Below are positions 12,414 to 24,700 of a stretch of 64,000 nt of DNA, piece by piece. Under the pieces are notes generated by a model. That model was not told the DNA's origin. It ran no database searches and saw only the letters and a list, made by a program, of their open reading frames with translations. Within the stretch, counting starts at the first letter, position 1, and the number at the start of each line of letters is the position of its first letter. The position numbers and the translations under genes are program-made. Source of the DNA: Oculina patagonica (lineage: Eukaryota); NCBI RefSeq assembly GCF_052425735.1, contig NC_135759.1, forward strand, positions 22,010,001 through 22,074,000. Reading direction: 5' to 3'.

Positions 12414-13666
12414 CCCTCCACACAAACGAGTCGGTCTTGCGCGACTTGACCACTAAAACTCTTCTACAACCCTATTGACTTATTTCCATTGTTTACCTTT
12501 CTATAATGAAATCACTAACATGAGGTTTCATGCAATTTCAATACCAGTTTGTATGTTACAGAATCTCTTTACAACATATCCTGCCTTAGTATATCGAAGT
12601 GGGGCTAATTTCTACTACACTGAATTCTTAACTACAAAACATAGGTAGTCATGACTGTTCCTTTTTGTCGAGTTGTGTTGTAACAGAGTAAAACATTTTA
12701 CCCTGAAGAAGATAATGCAAATCTGACTGCTAAATAATTCTGAAGTTAAACAAGCGTGTTAAGCTTCTCACTCACCCACCTGTGAAACTGTATTCATCTT
12801 GTGGCACAAGACAACCTCTATTTTCAATAATAAATAACCTCCGATCTAAAACCGACTAAAGGAAAGTAATGCGTTGAAAGGAAAGCTGAAATTTTGACAT
12901 AAAGAGGATTATATTGCAAAATGCCTCGCTAGCTTCCCGGAGACGAAGTATACCGGTAAGCAGACACGAGCTGTTTATGACTTTGTTTAGAACCGTTTAT
13001 ATTTAAAACAATAGTGCGGTTTTATTCCTTTATTGAACTATTGTAAACCCTTTGTCTTCACTGTAAAATAATTATTGACAATGGTTAAGTTCAGCACCAC
13101 TGCTCTTTTAAGCTTAAAGAAGACCTTTGCCATGAAAGTGAGTTACTTTCTAGTCTAGGTGTTATTGTTTTGTGTACTTTATCTACACACTCACACCTTT
13201 CAAACATCAACTATCGCACAGTTTCTCAAAAAAGAATAAATTTCAAATTATATTCGATTCATTAAGTAAGTTCAGTATTATTTCTTCCTCCCATAAACCT
13301 GCTTTGCTAAGTTAAGTCGAACAGCTCGGCGTTTTAAGAGCTACCGCACGCGTAGATATCGCATTATTGCTTCAGAAATCTTCTAGATAGCTGTTGTGCT
13401 TTGTTTGGGTCACTTAAAACCGAGACAGCATGTTCCATCATTGTAGTTAGATAAAATCGTAATAAATTATGTTACATGAAATCTCGCTAAAAAAAAAGAT
13501 TCGGTAATATAGAAAAATTTCAGCTGATTCTTATTAAAGTGAACAATAATGTAGTAAACGTAGATGCACTTCTTGTTGTATTGCAATAGTTTGCTGGGTA
13601 TTCCCCTCGAAATTAATCAGAGGTCATTTGACAGGCAAAGTGCGGGATCAACACCAGAGGCGTGCC

Positions 13667-15801
13667 ATGCTTGGATTTCTTGTCTTTCAAGCCTTGTTTT
13701 CATTAGGTATCGTATACAAAACTACTAAGTTTTCTTCACTTGTTTTATTACATTTTTTCGTAGAAGGGTTAAGTATTGTCTTACAGAGCAAAAATCGGGG
13801 TATAAAATGGAGTGCAATGATTCACCGCACTGCAGTTTTCATTAATACATTTCAAATGTGATCGTTATTTGTAGAATATGAACTACTAATCGGACAACCA
13901 AAATATTAGTTGTAATGAAGATGTTTTTTTAATTTATCTTAAATATTTTGTTTATCGTAAGAATGAGTAAGACTGGGTATGTTATTGTCTCGACCGCGGT
14001 CAAACGTCAGAAATATCCAAAAAACAAGAAAAGTACTTCAAAGATAAGATTTTAATTTTCACAGTTCAAAGTTCAATACATTACCGGTATCCTGACGATT
14101 TACTAAGTTTTTTGGAGCTTTACTAAAAAAGTTCTACGTGTTTGAAAATAGCGATATGCGGACTTGTCGGCGCCATTTTGTCAAAGCACTTTGGTTCGAA
14201 TGCGAAACATTAAAAAAGTAAAAACACTCGTTTACCTGAGGAGAAATGGGAATATGTACACTCAGGTGCTATTTTATCTATCCTTGTTCTTACAAACACT
14301 TCATAATGAACGAAACTCCCTGAAATAGAAAGAAAAACTGCCTGAAACGTTTGACCGCGGTGAAGTTATTGTCAGTTGTTAGTTGTACGGTGTTTGCTTT
14401 GCTTTCCTAAAAGGTTACTAGAAGAATAAAAATGCAACATTTTCCAGTTGAAGAACGTGATACAATGTATAGTCTGCTGTTTTATTTTGTCCCACAGGTT
14501 CGTCACTTGACGTTTTTGACAAAAACTGTTTAATGGCCACAAACCTATTAAGAAGGCGACATGGCGTCCCAGACCTCACTTGGTCCGAAGCCCTCGCGGC
14601 CGATGCTCGAGCTTGGGCTCACACTTTAGCTCAGAGCAACACGTTTGAACACGATTATAACAGCATGCAAGTAAAAAGCCAAGGTGAAAACCTGGCATTC
14701 TTTAAACCTTTCAAGCAGAAGTGTCAAGGACCCAAGAGGGACGACTGCGTACAGTGTCGAGAGATTATTGAGGGTTGGTACGATGAGGTCAAGAATTATG
14801 ACTTTGGAATGGGGAAACCCAAAACGCCCGGAGGCGTGGTTATGCATTTTACACAGGTTAGTACCAGTCGTTCATAAAAGGGACCTTCTAAGATTGAGAA
14901 AAGAAATGATGTATTTATGTTTTCAAGTAATGAAAATAAAAGAAGATTTTTTTTATATAACAATGCAGTACATTTAAAATGAAAAAGCCTTCCTACATGA
15001 AGGGAAGACTCGTCAAGGCGAGATGTAAATTATATTAAAGAATCCCTAGTGATAGTAAAAATAAAATCGCCTCTAACACTTGTCACTTATAATCTACCAC
15101 TTATCACATAAAATTATCACTAAGCTGTTCAGTAACTGGTTAACTGTTTTGTGCAAACACTGCAACTGACTAATAACTACTGCCGTTTAATGACTGTAAA
15201 GTCTCCAAAATGAAAATCACAGGTGGCATACATGAAAGCTTGCAACACTCTGGTGTAAAAAGCGTTCAATTTTCTTTTATTGATTTTCAATTTTTCATTT
15301 CAGTTCACCCTAGTGTAGACATGAATTCAGTTGCCGTTGATACATAATATTTTCATTTTATTTTCAAGTGCTTAAAAAGTGCGCCAGTTAAGTTTGTACC
15401 ATCGATGACTTTATTGCTTACTTCCTTGAAAGCCAATCGATGTCTAATACACTGTATAACGATTAGGGAGTTTGAACAGCAGAACCTGTTCGTTTGAAAA
15501 CCAAACATCGCTGATGCATGATTGTATTCAAGTGATTTTTATTGCTAATATTTGATGAAGTTTTACATCAGTCAACTTAAAACTTAAGGACAAGAATTAT
15601 AAAAAGAAGTAACTAAATTATAATTATCGGAAGGATTAGCTTAATCGTACCCTGAACAGTTGGTTCCAGCTGGAAAAATTGAAAAAATGAATAATAATTT
15701 CTGCTAAATACTAATGTATTACATTGGATCGCTGTTTCTTCATATAATACGGGCTCCCAATTTTATCGTAAAATGAAGAAGGATAACTATGTTACGGAGC
15801 T

Positions 15802-15854
<53 letters not shown>

Positions 15855-18671
15855 TGATATTCGTCAATCTAGGAAGTATGGAAAAACTCCCGCCAGTTTG
15901 GAATTGGAACTGCTAGAAGTAACAAGTATGGCTTCATAGCAGTGGCACGATACAGTCCCCGTGGGAATAGAGGCGGGCCAGTCATCTTCAAAGACAATGT
16001 TTTCCCTCCAGGTATACATAGTGAAGTTTTATGTTGACGAACCGTGCAAAAAACGTAACCAAAAAATTATTTTCGTTAATTGCCTCTCAATGGAGAAGAG
16101 TTTCAGTCAGTTGCTTTGATGCAGAATGCTTTTATATTATTAATTTTTTTTTTACAATTTTGAGTGCGCTTTTTGTGTTGTCTTCATCTGAAATAAGAGC
16201 AAATAAGACTTACTTTTTTAAGATAGCATTTGCTTGTTATAGCTAAAGCCTCTTTTAGCATGTCTTGACTTCTCATAAAATTTAGATTTAGATTTAGTTT
16301 TAATTTTAATATATCTTAAGTTTTAAATTTTTATACTAGGAAAGTTTTTAACTGTATTCTTATATATTTCTATTGTAAATTTCTAGGTTTTTATTAAATT
16401 TGATGTAAGGCGTATTTGATTATATCCATATGTTAGTTTGCGCCGAATAAGCATTAAATTATTATTATTCATTAACTGAATCTTTTAACAACACATGAAA
16501 TATCACCTCGTTATATCAGGGACTATTTCTGACCCAACACCCTCCGTCGACACAAGTTCTCAGCCCCCTACACCCGCTCCTGCAACTCCCACCACTCCAA
16601 CTGCCGCTACAGCTACCAACTTCACCATCGACGTCAACGTCAACGTCACAGAAACTCCTGCTGTGGGGAACACGACTGGGCCCACAACCCCAGCTCCTAC
16701 AACAGGTATGAAAGTCAACTTTGTTGGATACAGCAAGTAAGCACTGTTCTTTTCCTATTTTTTCCTTTCAGTGCATTATCTTTAAAAGTATTTTTATTCG
16801 GTTAGGTAGAGACCTCAAACAATCATTATGTAAGCCTCGATAGCTTTTTAAAAGCGTCCTGCAGCAACTAATCTCGGTAATTAGGCTCTCCGCTTGCACT
16901 TTTTATACTGTATTTGTGTTACCTTGTATGGAAAATAAATGATAAGTCACATTTTACAGCTGGATAAAGACGTTCGGTAGCTGTATCATCGCATGAAGAG
17001 AGACCAAAAGTCAACGACTACCACACACTTCGTAGTGAGATGGAAAAGTTGTACACTGTGTACGGTATACGTTATGGTTGTGTTTTGTGGCACAATGCTT
17101 GTCCTTGTGAGTTAACTAAATGCTTTGAGGTAAAGGAATACAGCATTTATGTCAATGGTATTAAGGTAACAATCTCGAGCACAACTCAACATATTTATTC
17201 AACCAATTAAGTCACTGCACCAGTAATAGGGAAATTCGTTTGCAGTCATCATATGGAAGGTAAACGCGAATAAATAATGTCTTCTTCTTCATTCACAGGA
17301 GGAAGTAACAGCCCCACCCCTCTACCATCTGCCACTTCACCAAGTACTGGTCTACCTCAAAATCTTACCAACACAGTGGCTCCGACAACTGTAAACCCAA
17401 TCGGTATGTTAACAGTTTTCCCCAAGTCCTATAGACCCTTATTAGACTCTAAGTAACATGCGTTAAATTTACTTATCCAGTTTAACAGAGGGATAAATAA
17501 GAACACAGTTTGTTAATGAGAATGATCTCTAATAACTTTGGAAAGAAACAGGTGCAGCTTTTGACGGTTAGACCTGAATGATTATAAATCTTTGGTCAAA
17601 AATCAGTGCAAATTACTTCATTTTTATCCCATTGTTATGAATTGTACTTGGGGATTTAACTAGACAGACACTTAACCAACGCTGAAATTATTGCATCTCA
17701 GAATTATATATTAAACTTTTTAATCTTGTCTATTGATAACAGTAACTGGACATAGTGGTGAGCAGTTGAGAGGCGCGAGAAGCGCGTTGGTGTTCGATAC
17801 CAGCGATCAAATTATTGTTTTATCCAATAACCGCTTTCTTCAACTACAAAGCGTTGAAACTGATCAGCTGGACGTATTTGACACTCGCGTGATCGCACTC
17901 CAATTACTTAACAGAATATACACGTGCGGAGGACCCGGTGCGGAGGACCGATCAGAAATGAGAAATAAGTTGTTATCGGATCGACGCAATAAATTTTACA
18001 TTTAACAAAAATTATTTTTATCCACGAGCGCGCGTTGGATATGAGATGGTAGATAGCCAACGAGGCGCGTAGCGCCGAATTGGCTATAACGATCTTATAT
18101 CCAACAAGCCCGAGTTAAATAATTGTTTTATTAAAAACGCGCTAAAAATTGCAATGTTTAAGCTCCCCAGCTGTTTTCGTTGACGCGTATCGGCTACCAT
18201 CTTTGTGGTCAATGCTATATGAGCTCATATACCATTCTCTGTCAACCTATCCAAACTCAGGAATTACAATATACCATTGCTAGTTTTTAATAATGGTACT
18301 TATGGTTTTAAGTCATTTTGACCTGAGTTCCTTTTTATATCATGCAGGTCCTGCTCCGGGTAACAACTCAAAGTGTCAATATTTTGTGGTCAACAGTACG
18401 ACGTATACCTACGCCATAGTACAAAGTAAGATAGTGTATATGTATAATAATACTTTGAGGGAAACCTTAAGATAACTGTACAAGCAAGAAAAAAAACCTA
18501 GACGATATAAAGAAGCCAAGGTGAAAAGGAAATGAGAAGGATTGAGTCAGATTGGGTAGTGTAACAGCTTTCGCAAGATCTCACGTAAATGGCTCGCTAC
18601 ACTTCAAGAAAACAACTGAACAAACAACAGGAACAATGACCCCAGCCCCAAAAAAGTAGCAACTGCCACAC

Positions 18672-18703
<32 letters not shown>

Positions 18704-21700
18704 CTATATTTAGAGAGGAAGCCACATCAGCGCTAGCTGGTTTTCATGCGGGTCCTCTGTCCAGGTCGAATTGGAATTTGAAAATGTTGGTTTTTCTGGA
18801 GGGAGGAAAACCGGAGAACTCGGAGAAAAACCCTCGGAGCAGGGAACCAACAACAAACTCAACCCACATATGGCACCGGGCCGAACTAGAGGACCCGCAC
18901 TGAGATTTACAAGCTTACGAGGGCTGCTACACTACTGGTCGGATATCGCATAATACTGACGCATAAAAAATAATATATTAGGCCAATTTTTTTAGGAGCA
19001 GTCATCTGTGGCGAATCTTCGATATTTCAAAGCACAACTGAGTGTTATGCAGAAACCTTGAAATAGTACTTATCTATCAATGATCTTAAAGTTATTATTA
19101 TTACTTTTCAGAATGTCCTGGTAAACCCAATGTCACTTTAATACCAGAAGGTAAGAATTTTCAAGCTTTAGTTCAGCGTAAGGAAAAAATTAAACAAACG
19201 TGTCAGAAAAGGTAGAAAAAAACAACTTCAGTAGTCTACGTGAAATAAAATTTATACCTGTGTTGGTATATGTTTACATTACAGCGCCCAAAGAGAGTGC
19301 AAAAAGTTTAACTTATAATGAACGCATACGCAAATTTGATGACAGAACGTTGATTGCTCAAACCTCAGTGTACGTAGTCAGCTTCTACGCTTTCTAATAT
19401 TGCAATTTTTAATTGCATTTTTCTTGCTAAATCGTTTCCTTGGTTAATATCAAATGTCCAAATGTTTAGTACTCATGACCTGTCAAAAGCGAATTCCCAA
19501 TCTGTTCAGGCCAAGGGTTGCAAGTCCCTCTCATTATTGTGTACTGATCTTCGCAGTTCGTGGACCATAAACCAAGCTTCTAACCCTGTTTAACATTGAA
19601 TTACAGTCCACTCTCACTTAACGGACACCTCTATAATACGGACACCTCCATAAGACGGACACCTGGTGACGGTCCCTGCCGTTTTTCAGTCGTTTTACTG
19701 TAACCAAACTCCCTATAAGACGGACACCTCTCTAAGGCGGACAACGAACACTTTGAAATCATTAACGGACACCTGAGAAGTGTTTTTTATCATGTTGTAT
19801 TAGTGAAAATACTTCCAAACTTCGTATTGACGAAGCAAAGTTAGTCCGCGACCTAAGGATACGTGTATACCAAGCTTACTAACCAAAAACATTACTTTTC
19901 TGCTTACGTGTATGGGCACTAAAGAGGTCGTTTTCTACTTACAGTTTCACAGTTTGCGTAGAAGCTCTCAATTTTTGCTTTAACAAACAAATACGGTCCA
20001 TTTATTAGTTAAGTCTTGTTGCAGTTAGCAAAGGTTTGTTGCATTGTGCAAAGGTTTAGCTTTATTATCTCAGAATTACTGGACACCTCTCTAAGACGGA
20101 CAGCTACGGCCGGTCCCGAAGGTGTCCGTCTTAGAGAGAGCTGACTGTATGTTGCTTTGCTTTAAACACGTTAGACTTGTATTCCGTTAGGTAGTGCTCG
20201 CCCGACAGCGACAGTACCACCTAGGACCGAAACAGGTAACAGCATGCTAAATAAATAACGAGCCTGCATGCTGCTACTTGCCAACCGAAAAAAATATACA
20301 CGAAAAATACATTTCCGTATTACGCTAATTCAAGAATTATCCACGGAAAAAATGCGCAAAACTCTATCCCCACTTACAATGCAAGATAAAAAAACGCAAA
20401 ATGAAATTGAAAACATCCTGATGTAGCGATGTCATCAATTACTTTACCATACTTTAACTACAGTGGAATCCCGATTTCGCGTTTCTCCAAGGAAAACGAA
20501 AATCAGGTTGGGAATTCGGGGAGTTTGAGAAATCAGTTTGGAGTGAGTGGCTGAGTAATAGTAATTGTATATTTTTAGTGCGCCGTACTCTCCAAAGGGA
20601 GGTATTGGTCTGTTTACAGTGAAGGTTTCAACATTAACTATTACAAATAAGCAATAACATTCACTAGTGAAGCGAACCTGAGGTTACCGGGGATTCGAAG
20701 AGTAAATGCCTCGAGATTGTTGTAGATTAGAATATAAATGCGGCTCATGGCGATATATACATTTTTCACTCTTAAACTGAACATTTAACACTGTTTTGTT
20801 TTGTTTTTTTGTGTTTTTGAGAACATAACTCCATTCATACATGGATAGCTTCTAGTATAGATCTCATTCGATCTCATGCGATGATGTACAGTTTCTCTTG
20901 TCGGATTACTCGACGTGCTAGCTTTCAGTTCTATTGTGAATCGTCAGTTGAAATTGGAACATTGTCATGGATGGGTTTTGTTTTGATGGTTAGAGCCATT
21001 TTATGATTCGTCCAGAGAAGAGATGCACCATAACGCTTAAGTCAGTCTTGGCTCGTTTTATAGACGCTATAAAATATGTAACCTAAAATCGACGCACCGT
21101 ATTCTTTCTTCGCTGCTGAGACGTTTGGAATTCGAGTCACAAATCAACAGGTCCACGTTGTGTCTCAAAGTAGCCTGTTCCAGGCTCTCGGTAGTTGGGG
21201 GAGAGCAAGAAACGCGGACGAACGAGGAAAAAATCGAGGGGGGGTGAGAGAAGGCGAGCGAACCCTCTTTCCCCGTCGTTTTTTTTCCTCGCTCGCCCGC
21301 GTTTTTCGCTCTCCCCCAACTACCGAGAGCCTGGAACAGGATCAAATTTGGATTTTGGCGTGTAACTTACTATCAATTCAAACACTTCACGGATTCTGTA
21401 GTGCTACGACATCAGTACGGATTTTCTCGGTACGAATCACATTTTACTTTCTTGGAGAAGAACAGCTACGCAAAAAGAAACGGCTATTTACTCTGGCTAG
21501 TCAATGTCAACAATAATATACACTTAATGACTTTTACCGAGGAAGCTGATCAGTCATGAAGTGTTTTGTTATATAACACAACGAAGCCGTTAGAAAATGG
21601 CGGTCGTCGGTCAACATTCGCGGGTACCTTTGCACTGTTACCCTCTGACGTCATAGATTTTGCATTGTTGCCCGCTCAGAGACCTTTGGCGGGAAACAGT

Positions 21701-24700
21701 TTTTTATTGTTAGATGGCATGTGACCTCGAATTAGCCAATAAGAACGTGCTGTTGGGGAAAAAATTCTAGCTACATATATAACAATAACAGATATGCTTT
21801 TCTATACAAACTTTATCCTGGGAAGTTTTACTGTTTTATCCAAAGTACTAATCTGAATGAATAATTCTGTTTCACTAATAGCAATTCCTCATAATTTTTC
21901 CCTATTGATTTAGAATAAATCTAACCTTGTAAATTCGTTAATAAAATAGTAAATAACCAATAACCAAACCAATCGAATTATACAGAAATTGTTCATCGCA
22001 ATGGATAACGATGGTGACTTAGTTAAGGTGAGAATTTCAGCTTCAAATTTTAATAAAATTTATGCTCTCCTCTCCCTTTTAAAAATGGATACTGCCTGTT
22101 TTAAATTCAGTTTCCGGCTGTTCCCTCCCTTAACACTTGTTGTTGCGTTTTTTACAAACTGAAATTGTTTTAAAGAAATCCATGACCAGTAATATATATG
22201 TAACATCTCTAATATTTAACACTTATACTTAAACAATATCGACCAGAAGTTTTTAAAAAAGATGTCAATTCAAATAAATCAGCGACACTCGCTCCCTTAA
22301 ACGTCTCTGCAAGGCGAGAATAAATTCTTGAATTTTTCATCATGCCTTTGTTAAGAGCCAAGTGATTTAACAATTATGCCTTTCAAATGTTCAACACGTC
22401 ACTTTCTTCGACAGCACCAGGAAATATAACAACCCCAAAACCGGAACAATCGACAACAACAACAGCCACAACAACACAAACAACAGCGAAACCAGAAACA
22501 TTGACAACACCAACCACGGTTAGTCCAGAATCAACAACAACTGGAACGACTGCAACAACATTAAAACCAGAATTAACAACAACTGTAAGCCCAGAATTGA
22601 CAACGGCACAAACGACATTTACTACGATTAAACCTGGACAAACCACAGCCACTACCACAAAAACAGAATCGTCATCTACAGCAAATCCAGAAAAAACAAC
22701 TTTGAGTACAGTAACTACAATGAATCCAGAACTTACAACTTTAACACCTTCAACTACGCCCCCACCACAGCAATTTCCAGGACAAACAACACCAACAACC
22801 GCAACTACCACAAAACCGGAATCGTCATCTACAGTAATTCCAGAAGAAACAACTTCGAGTACAGTTACCACAGTAAACCCAGAACTTACAACTTTAACAC
22901 CTTCAACTACGCCTCCACCACAGCAATTTCCAGGACAAACAACGCCAACAACAGCAACGACTACAAAACCGGAATCTTCATCTACAGAAAATCCAGAAGC
23001 AACAACTTCGAGTACAGTAACCACAGTGAATCCAGAGATTACAACATTAACACCTTCAACTGCGCCTCCACCGCAACAATTTCCAGGGCAAACCACGCCA
23101 ACAACACCAACGACTACAAAACCAGAATCATCATCTACAGAAAATCCAGAAGAAACGACTTCGAGTACAGTTACTACAGTGAATCCAGATATTACCACAA
23201 CAACACCCACAGTTACGCCTCCACCACAACAATTTCCAGGACAAACAACACCAACCACAGCCACTACCACAAAACCAGAATCTTCATCTACAGCAAATCC
23301 TTCAAGTACAATTACTACAGTGAATCCAGAGATTACGACATTAACACCTGCAACAACGCTGCCTCCACAACAGTTTTCAACAACACCAGGGCAAACAACA
23401 ACACCGACTACTGTAACTACAATAAAACCGGAGATTACGACTCCACAAACATTGCCAACAACCGAAACAACGATAAGTCCAGGGGAAACATTACCAACGT
23501 CTCCGACGACACTAAATCCGGAGACGCAGTCAACAACGACAACGTTAATTCCAGGACAAACAACGGAGACAACAGTAACTCCAGAATCCCCTTTGACTAC
23601 AGAGTCTACAATAGCCCCAGAATTGACAACACCAACAACGTCGACTACTATAGGTACAGAGGAGCCGACTCCAACGACTAAGCCAGAGCTTACAACTCCA
23701 ACAACGGTAACTCCTGTTAAACCAGAACTGACATCCCCAACCACTGCGACATCAGAGACTCCAACAACTTTGGCGAGCTCGACTACAATTGAACCACAGC
23801 TAACAACTAAGACTACTCCAAGTACAGTAAATCCAGAATCAACAACTGTAAGCACGACAGTCCAACCAGAATCAACAACAGTACTTACACAATCGACAAC
23901 AGTTGCACCAACGACTTTGCCAGGACAGGAAACGACTAAACCAACAACGAAACCTGGAATAACCAATGTTACTACAGAACCAACAACCAAAACAACTCCG
24001 ACAACAGGTACAGAATGTCATTGCGAGACTGGAGGCGGAACGGGTGCGTTCAAAACCATGAACAAGCATGATTCAAGTATTCACTCGCGGGAAACAAGTA
24101 CCGTTTTCGGTCGGAATCACATCTCACAGAATTGACCCGGCTAGCCCCTGATTTTGTCAGGGCTGTTGCTAAATAACCGATGGTGACAATTCTTTGGGAC
24201 AACTTTTGGACTTCTGGTGCTTTTTTACCGATTGGATATTAATAATGATCGGAAAGGCTTTAGGTACGTAAACAGGGACTAACCAAGAACGGCACTTGTT
24301 CCCCCGACAGTGGTTTCTTTCGGCAAATTTTAGCACACGCAAAATTCCAGAATCCAACAAATGCAAAAATAGCAAAATAGATGGAATATGTGACCACCGC
24401 CTCCAATCTATTATTAGTTTAAGCTTTTCTTATTGGCGAAATTAATTTCAGGGTAAAGTCTTTACCAATTCGTATGAACGCGCCCTTGCCGTCACCGAGT
24501 TTAGACGTATTTTGAAAATTTGTCCTAATTTATTAAGCCTTCTTACAATTAACCAGAAATACGTCATTTACATTTTTACTTTTAACTGTTATAGATCTAA
24601 CAGTAGAGTAACACAGGGCTTAACTGCTTTTAACAGCATTACCAGATTCGCACAGAGAAACAGGGGGTAAATTAATAGATGGAGGCCGTGGACCAATTGA

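Noticed and set aside
22383-23990. 535-aa Val/Gly-rich ORF on the minus strand
   Set aside because: Antisense shadow of the Thr/Pro (ACN/CCN) mucin exon.
24392-24693. Possible MITE (GACCACCGCCTCCAATCTATT / AATAGATGGAGGCCGTGGAC)
   Set aside because: Imperfect inverted repeat and no TSD identified, so left unannotated.
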